DNA from: Trichoplax sp. H2
Lineage: Eukaryota
Direction: 5' to 3'
Assembly (NCBI GenBank): GCA_003344405.1
Contig: NOWV01000205.1
Location: forward strand, 1 to 64,000
Length of the DNA: 64,000 bases
The notes beneath the pieces were generated by a model. It ran no database searches, had not been told where the DNA came from, and saw nothing but the letters and a program-made list of their open reading frames with translations. This document shows positions 53,995 through 64,000 of the stretch, one piece after another (the stretch's first letter is position 1; each line of letters starts with the position of its first letter). Position numbers and translations under genes: made by a program.

Positions 53995-55797
53995 TGATAT
54001 ATGCGGTCTAAAATTTGAAATCTTGTTGGTATAATATCTAAGCTGATGTTTCGTCAAGTGCTAAATCTATAGTGACAATGCTACTTGGCTTAATCAGTCA
54101 ATACATGCACATGAATAGATTAGCAGTTTTAGTGATGAATGTATATCTGAAATGACAATGTAAAGCAGTTTTACAGTGTGGCAGTGCAATTTGAAATGGC
54201 ACTGTTATATCCATTTCTACTTGTATTCATAATATCTTGATAGAGATAATAAGATCTGATTTTCCGATGTAAAAATAACGTAAGCTGGACTGTTGCTTCT
54301 ATTCTATGAACAGATTTTGTTTCATCCTCCTTTTGAGTTATTAACTGTCGGATTGAACAAATCATTGTCATCAATATTAGAAACAATACACAAATATAAT
54401 CAATTTAGTCAATATCATAGGGTATTGCATGCGTATATATCTTCGACATTTGTTCTAATAATTTTTTATTATTCTTACACATAAAATAACAAAGGCTTCC
54501 TATATTCAAATTGAAAAATGTTATTGGTGCCTTTATAAATTGCTATCGTAAACCATAATGATGTTCAATAAAAGATGAAAGACAACTTTTCGAAAAATAA
54601 GTTTTTTTGGACTACATTTTCTCTTGAGTTGATTACGACTATAAACTTATCGTACGTAAATACGGTAAGTATAGATTTATATTCAAAATTACAAGTATTC
54701 ATAGCAACTGTAAACTAAGTTCGGACTTAGAGATTGTTGAAATTAATTAAACCCAACCGCTGCTGTTTTATCTATTTGTGTCAATATGCGAATAACTTTT
54801 GAATTAAAAACAGTCCTCATTGACATTAGAATAATATAATAACATGCTTAAACCATAAGGTTATATCAGCAATTACGGCTAGAGAAAGTAATGTATACTA
54901 TTTTATACAGGTAAAGGATAACTGTACGATGAAGTTATTAACTAATTCGAAATAGAACAGAACAAGGAATGGATACACCATTAACTAAACAAGGCAAGTA
55001 TATTTACCTTGAATTTCAGACTAATTTTTATTGGCTCATATCCTTATGTGACAAAGTTGAAAAAGCAATATCATTAAATATAGTTATGATGAAAGCTAGA
55101 AGTTAATAAAAGATGAAGAATAATCAAAGGCAGTAATATATTTAGTATTATAACCTTGACTTGTATACGAATATTATATGGTATTACTTTTAAAAGATTA
55201 TAAATAGCAGGTTATTTAACATAGAAATTATATTAATTTTTTTTAAGTATGTACTAATAAAATAGTGTCTTAAAGCTATAAATAAGACGTAATAAAAGTA
55301 ATGCCTATATTTTAGAAAGTAGTAAAGTACACGGTAACTAGCGATCTCACAATAAGAATCACATTCGCACTTGCAAATGTACCCGTACTATCATCATAAA
55401 GTTAACAGATAATAGTACAGGTAGACAAATCTTGTATTTATGATGGAAGAATTGTTTTTCAGGCTGATTTATTTATTTAATATCTATATAAGGAAAAAAT
55501 GTCATCAATGGAACACGTAATGATGATGATTGTGCCGATAATAATAGTGCTTATCTTTCAATTTAAAGTGTTCCTAGCACTGCAATTCAGCCATTATTAA
55601 CAGTTATCTTGGTAAAGGGTAACATAGAAATTAAATCTACACTTTTAAAGGCATTAGAGCTACGTTTTGGATATCCAATAATACCGTAAACTTAGTCGTC
55701 ATATTATGCCAATAGAACATAAGAAATAAAAGCAAAGTAGGTCATACTAAAGCAATCAAATTAATTTTAGGGATTCATAACCGTCATTAAATGGCTG

Positions 55798-58700
55798 TTA
55801 CGCTTCAGAAATATTATTCATCGATTTTTCTTTATTCTCTTCTCCATTATTTTTAATTTCGTTTTCTTCTTGCCATTTTTGCTCCTCTGCTTCTCTGTAT
55901 TTTAAGAATTGATCTTAGTTAAAGGACTATATAGACCATAATTTTAATAATTATTCTATTAAATTATATAATTATTAGCCTAACAGAAATATCGTTCTAT
56001 ATTCTATCTGCTCGTTTATATGGTTGTAAAGTTCAAAAATAGGCACATATTCTGATTTCAAATCAAAACTTAAAGATCCACAGTATTCTAGAGCAATATT
56101 ATGTTAAAGCTATAATAATTAAAATAATAAATGCTTCTAATGAGATGGCGGATGAGTAATGTGTTTTAAAGAATTTAGGTTGCGCTACCGGACGCCTTTC
56201 ATACCGAAATGAGAATTAACCTTGCTATTTAATCTAGCAAAGACAATATAATACTAAACTTTTCCATACCTTCGTCGACTCTTCCATCTTAGGTAGCAAA
56301 AAAATAAAACTGAGGCTACGGCAATTCCAGCGGCAACGCAGCCAATAATTACTCCAGCCGTTGCAGCAAATTTTTCTATTAAACGTCATAAATAATAACA
56401 ATTTAAATATCATTCACAGTAAATAAAATCAGATGATAATAAAATTTTTTCTTTCGATTTTTAGATCATCTAATATAAGCTCAATAATCATAATCATTCA
56501 CATAATAACTAACGTTATAAGGTAATTTTTGTCCTTAAACGAAATAATATTAAAAGTGAAAAATTTCCATCTTAAGTGTCTATCTGTCAAAAATCAGTTC
56601 TGTGACAAGATAACGAAATGCTAAATCTGAAATTCTTCTCTCTGAATCACTATTAGGGCGCTAAAGTCTGTCTATAAAACAAATCGGAAAATTTATCTCT
56701 AATTTTAGAAATCTCAGTGATTTATACGCCTTTAACTTCAGGTCATGCACTATACTTAAGAACCAACTCTATTGCATAAAATGCCGGGCTTGTACATCTA
56801 TCTACTGAAAAGCTAGAAGCTATCATAAGTATCAATAGCACGAATAAACCAGGTAGTAAATTTATATCTAAATGCCTAATAACTACGGTAACATTTAACG
56901 GCATAGACATCTGATGATCAGTACAAGACAGCCGTTGACAAAATCGGTCAAGTCGTAATGTTAAATCTCATGTGAATTAGTCAAAATCACATACTACGGC
57001 GCAAAGTGTCTTAAAATTATGAACTATATATTTCGTCATCTAAATAAGGTTTTGCCTCTGAATATCGTTAATTTCTCTACGGTGAGATAATACCGTAGTA
57101 TCATTATATTTTAGATTTAAAAGTAATGAATGATTTGGCCGGAATGGCAAATAGCTAATCCGACAGTTAAAATGGGCCTAGCATATGCGTCTAAAATTTT
57201 AGCGTATAAAGTATTTTGCTGAAACTTACTCCTCGAAGAACCTAAGCAGTCCGATCCAGGCAAGCACCTATAATTTTCAATCAAGACATAAAGCAGTTTA
57301 ATCATTAAATATTAAATATGACCTTTCAAAGAAGCCAGTAAAGTATTCTTGCAGTCGTAAACTTTTAGTAAATTAGCTCATATGTAATGCAAATCTAAGT
57401 AATATATTATAACAATAATATAATCACATTTATTAATAGTCTACAGTGACAAACATCGAAAAAAGCTTTCAGTTATCAGTACATTATGTATGTTTGAATT
57501 GTTTATACTGCTGTTAAAAATGCTAAATTTAGATAAATATGCTGGTTAGGTTTTAACGCTGATTTTTAAAATATATTAACGTTGCATAATTAGAATTAAT
57601 ATTATGGGCTAAATTCATAAGTAGTTTAGCTCCATATATTTGATACGATAGTAAGATATATATGCACAGCAAATATCTAACTTACATGCAAAAGGCAGTT
57701 GTTATATTATGGACCATGCATGTTTTGCCATTTTCACATTCCAAGGCACATTCTTAAATATAATTTAGAATAAAATATATTTCAGTCACAAATTCTGTTT
57801 CTACCATTAATACAAATTTGATGTAGTAATTCGTACGCGTGAATAAACTAATATGGAAGAATATAATTTGACCATAGTAGTGTTCATAATTTAAATTGTA
57901 AACAACAATTTAGCACAACGAAATATAGCTACTACTAACATATGATTAAATGCTGCAAAATGTTAGAGTTATCAATTCTACTTTACCGATAGTTAAATAC
58001 AATTAAAAAACTAAAGACAAAATTACAAGATACGTGTATGCCGAACATAATATACTGTACAATAATTTCGTGGTAATCTAATTTTTAATAATATTATTTG
58101 GTACCCTATAAGGTATTTGATATAGATTCTAAGGGTATTTTATTGACTATGCAAGGAATATGCCAAATTAATTAAAGCAGTTGTCCACTTACTTGAGCAA
58201 TTATGGCTGTAATAACTACCATTTCTTCTTAGTTCATCACACTGACACCGATATGATCCTAATGTATTGACACATTCTTGATATTCATATGGGCATATGG
58301 ATGGCTTTGTTTTGCATTCGTCGATATCTAGGTACAATATTAAAAAAATATTATTCTCATCTCTGATTTATGAAAATATCAAATGTTTGTTTATGTCATT
58401 CATGTACGACAAACGTAATAACTGAGAAAATCAATGTGTTAACTTCATCTTTTTAATAAAATATCAATAAACATGAGACATGCTTATTTATATTAAATTG
58501 ACAGATAAATAGAATAAGGTGAGTGATAATAGTATCGGATATTGTAGTTACTGTAAACAACGGTATTCGTCTTCAGTTGTAATATTGTGATAAGTTGTAT
58601 ATAACATTTTATTGCTGTTTTATCCACCTAATAAACTATCGCATAACTTTTCTAATTAGAATTTATTATGATCGTAAACTGCATATGATCATACGGCAAA

Positions 58701-61700
58701 GAATAATGTGCGCCTTTTTATTATGTGCACTAAATAACTGAATTACTAAATTTAGTACAGTATAGAATCAACACTTTCATCTACCAAAACAATTATTAAA
58801 TCAGAAAAACTATTACAACGTTTAAAATGTGTCGCGATAGAGATGTCTTCTAATTAACATAAGTAACAAAACAGTTTTCGAATCATTACATTAACAATAA
58901 GTTCAGTCGTTCCATAAAACTGATCTAAAGGTCGATAACAATACAGAATCATTGGCAAAATTCATCTCTTGCTTATCTTTGCCTTAGTCACAAGCAAATA
59001 TCAGTAATTATAAGATTATAATTATACCCACAAAACCCTCAACGCTGAAGCCTATATAGTGCTATATAAACTAATCGTAACGGAAGTACTAACGTAGTAG
59101 TGCTGCTGGACTAGTTTTGTCAGCGATACTGATCTAGAATTTACAAGAAATGCAGAGAAAGTAGTAAAAATTTATCATTTAGGCTCATTATGCCTAGCTT
59201 ATAATAAATAGCGAATTGTTGTATTAATGAAAATTGAGATAATGGAGCTATTTAAACTCTAAATGAATATGCAGTTTTACCTAAATTAGCAATAGGTAAA
59301 CATACTTGTAGGAGTCACTGTTATACTGATTGATAAAAGGGATAATTTAGTTAATTAAAAAATGTTAACATTTCGACTAAATATACATACTATTTATAAC
59401 TAAGGAGATCTATATTAGCTTAAGTAGTTGTATATTTGATAATCAATATACTAATTATAGGAGCACTGGCTATTAATTCAATAGCTACTGTTTGCTTTTC
59501 TAGAAATGGAAATCAAATGGTATACAATATAAGTCAAGCTTTTCTCCACAATAAAATCAAAAGATCGAGTGATAGCAGCCAGAGTACGTGGTAACTCAAC
59601 AAACAGGGTGAAATACCACGCATTATCTCGAATAGAAGGTGTATAAATAGTAGATATCATGCCTTCGTTAGGTCTTTAATTTGATAATTCGTAATGTACT
59701 ACAATTTACAACATCATTATAATATACTGTACCAAAAGTGAAATATAAGAATTAAGGGTTGTATTAAAGATTATGAATACAAAAGGCGATATATATGACA
59801 TTCGCAAGTTATTTGTTGCATTGGAACATATCAATGTCTATAAAAGTAATGTTGTCTAACCGAAGGTTTACAGATCATTTATGATATAAGTGACAGCTTT
59901 CAAGGTGTAATGAAATCAGCAACAAAAGATCATTTCTTTCACTAATGTCACCAACCCAATAAGTAGAAAGTCGATTGCAATTAAAACTGTGACGAAGATC
60001 AATAATAATAAGGACTTCGTGATTTGATTAAGGTTAACATGAAAGATTACGATTATTAAACTTGTTTTGTCGCCAAATATGGTTAATGATGGTAGATTTA
60101 AATGCAACTAATCACTAGAGTATTTTATAATACCTAATTAATTCAATTCAAAACAAACCTTGACACCATGTGCCATTCCCGATAAATCCAAGTCGGCATT
60201 CGCAAGTAAATATTGATGTTTTAGATGGCAAATTATTTATCATGATGCATTTGGCATGATGATGACATGTTTGCCCATCCAGTCCGCATTTATCCAAAGA
60301 CTGATTATCTAATGTTTAAAAGAAACGCTTAGTTAGCTTGTCCATATCAACTGATCATTCCTGTAAAAATACTAATAATGGCATCTAATATTATTTATTT
60401 AATAATAATTATTATTACTGCAAAACGAATACCAGCATTAGTGAAATTCGGTAGTCAAATTAACTAAGTAGAGAATCTTAATATTAAAAAACACAGTTTA
60501 GTTTGCGTCTATTCCCCGTACCATAGCTTATTTCAACATCTAAAATCCTGCGTCGTATAACAATAAACAGAGCCCTACTTTGAGTGTAGTTACTTATAGA
60601 TAGAAATTAGGGAAATTTTTTTGATGACAAGATACGCACTGTCGTAAGATCATATTTCATGCAAATAATTATTAATTGCAGTAAATTCATAAAAGTTAAC
60701 TAAACACCACTATGAGGCCAATACTATCATATCATCAAATTAGATAATCTATTAACCACTACAGTAAAAGATAAGCCTTTAATTAAATGAAAACTCTGCA
60801 TAGACTGCTTCCATTAATTGTAAACCTCTTGTTAAGTCAATAGATGTGTTTTCAATAACAGATTCTACTGCTAAAAAAACAAAGTTTGGTAAATTGTGGT
60901 GCCAACTTAGAATATCTCGAAATTGAATTTAAATGACTATTTGCAAATCGATATTAAATTTCGAAATTGAAGGCTTCTTATTAACAGGGAACATCAGTTG
61001 TAACACTCACTAATTTAGTATTCTAGTAGAACTAATCGTTCGTTTAATGTGAAATAAGACATATAAATTCGTTATATAATGATCAAAAGATTCTTTATTA
61101 AGATAAAATTATAATTTTGTTAATCCACATTGCGTTCGGATATGAGTTATATCTCACCAAAGAATAAATACGGTCATCTTACGTGTACATAAAACAAAAA
61201 GATAAACTAGCGAGAAAACTCCATTTAATTATATCTATAAATTAATATGATCTTTCCTTTCTGTAGTATACGAATATTCGTATGATAAGTTTCATACCGA
61301 AATTTGAATATTTCATCAATCCTAGAACACTAATTAGATTATATTAGATAATCCGTATAGCTATAGTAAATACATAATTTTGCTGACATATTAAATATTA
61401 GCTCAGGCCCATTTCAATAGAGATCGTATTTAGCATGGTACCATTAGTACCAATTGAATAAAATATATTCTAGGCAATTGTCCGCTTAACTGAATTTATC
61501 GTAAACTTTAGAAGTACAACAATCGCTTTTAGATAATAAATCTTTTTATTCTACTATTGACTTCTACATTAATCAGCCAATAGCTATTATCATACATTAA
61601 TTATCAGAGAAACCGCAGGTATGAACGGTATTGGCCGTAAATCATATAAGCATACTTTATCATGAATCATTTGACAGTACCTAATTGCACATAACTGCAA

Positions 61701-63492
61701 TTCATGCATGATACACCGTACTACAGGTCCACCGAAATAGTAGTAGAGTTAGGACCTTATAAACTAATTATCTTCAGAATATTAAACAATGGAAAAAGAC
61801 CAGGTAGATTATATTTAATTGCAAAGATTATATTGATAAGATGACTATTAATTGTCTACTGTACCATTGATTAACAAATTTTTTCTAATAATTGGATGTC
61901 ATCGGAAACTATATTTTAACAATGGAATTTTATCACCCAATGCTTTATCAGTAAATAAATAAATGAATGACTGCATGGTAAATTCTTGTGCCGCCCGTAC
62001 TATTTATAGATCTACGAGCATGTCAGGTCATATAAATATTCAATTATTACGTAAAATATTATTAAACAATTATTTTACCTGATGTTGGTGCAGTAGTTCC
62101 TGCTGTTTCAACCATAATAGCAAACTGTTGATTAATAAAATTTGATCAATTACTTGAAAGGATATTATTTCATAGATGACATATTTTGATTTTAATTCAT
62201 AGGAAATAAACAAAGGTACAATACAATCTTCCAATTAGTATTATCACAGCCGTTAATCTAAATTAATTGATATGACTTTTGCCATCAATCTCAAAAGAAA
62301 AGTATACTATTTTACGGTACTGTATTAATATGAGAATTAAACTTAATTAATTAGAAGAGATTATTCAATATTAGAGAAGTTTCCGTAACAGAGGGGATCC
62401 ACAAAGTTATTACTGTATATTTTTTTTAAATCTTAGATTTTATATAGAACTATCGGGGTGTTAATAAATTTTATTTGGAATATCTTATGTAACAGCAAAA
62501 TATTAGTTACTGTGATTTAAATAATTGTAAGGGTAACGATTTCGTAGTAATTTTTTACTATGGTTCATTTTCAATCGCTAGTTTTCACTTACTAAGATAT
62601 TATCAGAGATATTCCTGAATTACCTCTTATGCTAAATAATTCAAAGAATATTTCGATACTACTAATTGTAGCATACTGATATACAAACTGCTATGATCTT
62701 GTCGATAAGAGGATATTATTCATATATGGCAAAAGCATTAAATACTGTAGTATTGCTAAAATTTAGGAATACTGCTTATTATCAATATCCAAATTTTGTT
62801 ATCCCACTACTCGTATATACTTCGTATGACTCTAATTTTGAAGATATCGCTTGACAATATCAGACTGATTAATTAAAGTTAATCTTCAATAAGGCTGAAT
62901 TTCACAAAAGATTAATCAAAAAGGTCGCTTTCGTTTTAATTTTCATTCACAGTCTGTTGCAATCTATTTTCTTTTTTCAGTGATAAAATATGATTTAATC
63001 TGTAGTAAGAAATTTAGACAAATTAACTTGTCTTAAAGAGGAGGCCTTGTAGAGTAAAATAAACGACACGGAAAAAAATAAGTAATCAGTGATAGCTGAA
63101 AGTACAGATACGAAGAGGGATTGAAGATCAGTCACAGAATTTTCCTTATATATTGCAATATTAAAATTGAAATTAATCGGTATACCTTAAATTCCAGAAT
63201 TGAATTATACATTATAGGAATAGTATAGATAGCATTATCGAGTGAAATGGAATACAAATTAAGTGAGTAAAATTCATTTTTGCCCATCTTTGCAATTAGC
63301 CATTACAAAAATTAATAAGATAACGTAAAATATAGAGAAAGATACAGAAGATATCGAATATAAAAATTACAGCTTTGCTAAATGATGCAGTGTAGTTTCA
63401 TATCAATTATTTCTTAATCTTGTTTTTACTACCTGTATTAAAATAGAGCTGATCAGTAAGAGTGCCAAATAAAATCTCGTCGGACGCTCCAT
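55798..63492 (-). CDS. Type I membrane protein with three EGF-like domains, paralog 3 (multi-exon)
   Basis: Exons: 63492-63433 (MERPTRFYLALLLISSILIQ), 62124-62079 (FAIMVETAGTTAPTS), 60308-60159 (EGF DKCGLDGQTCHHHAKC...CECRLGFIGNGTWCQ), 58327-58193 (cbEGF DIDECKTKPSIC...CVNTLGSYRCQC), 57752-57686 (KCALECENGKTCMVHNITTAFCM), 57267-57230 (CLPGSDCLGSSR), 56375-56270 (TM AATAGVIIGCVAAGIAVASVLFFCYLRWKS), 55894-55798 (tail ...MNNISEA*). Confidence 0.88.
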
Positions 63493-64000
63493 CGCAATCT
63501 GGTTCTGGTCATATAATGAAGTAACAGAGAGCAACACGTTTACTTTTATACATATGTGAGATTTTTAATTGAATATAGCATTTTGCCTAACACTACAATA
63601 CAGCATATCTGTTTTTAACGATTAATGTTGTTGTTTATTGTTATTAAAATGTTTTTAAGAGATCAAGCTAATATTACCTAACAATAAAAATTATTAATAC
63701 GTCATTCATTTTAGTTGAAAAATAATGGATTTAATATTTACAAACGAATTCCAAATCTTTAGATCGTTTCTAAACTATAATAGATTTATAATTCTACTTT
63801 TCATATCGGATTTTACTCTCTATACTATTATGGTAGTAAGATTGAATAGTATAACATTGTTCGTAATTAATTGTTATGTTATAGATAAGGTATTCAATTA
63901 TTTACCCAATTACGATAATTGACGAAGCCCGCGATGATGTTACAGAATGTATTATTTATTTTGTGTACCTTGTCTATCTGTACATCCAAGTGTTCAATTT

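Noticed and set aside
58140..58337. 65-aa ORF as a standalone gene
   Set aside because: It is the cbEGF exon (58193-58327) of paralog 3 plus intron read-through.

Overview
AT-rich eukaryotic (animal-like) genomic DNA with short GT-AG introns; the species cannot be determined from the sequence. The backbone is a tandem array of three minus-strand, multi-exon paralogs (5035-11423, 15039-23215, 55798-63492), with a possible decayed fourth near 500-1000. Each encodes signal peptide-EGF-calcium-binding EGF-split EGF-TM-short tail. The ORF track misses them; I reconstructed them by hand from splice sites. Between paralogs 2 and 3 the assembly appears to hold both versions of one site. An empty version (23907-24558) ends at a 20-N gap. 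A filled version has the same flanks (24579-24983 and 53768-53994) separated by about 28.8 kb of extra DNA. This island carries transposase-derived genes from four DNA-transposon superfamilies. Three are open, intronless ORFs with broken catalytic motifs (pogo/Tigger, hAT, Tc1). The fourth is a Chapaev3-like pseudogene with a broken frame but intact catalytic motifs. The island also holds a 620-bp solo LTR with a 5-bp TSD, whose near-identical twin is at 1-380. All family assignments come from motif recognition, not database searches.
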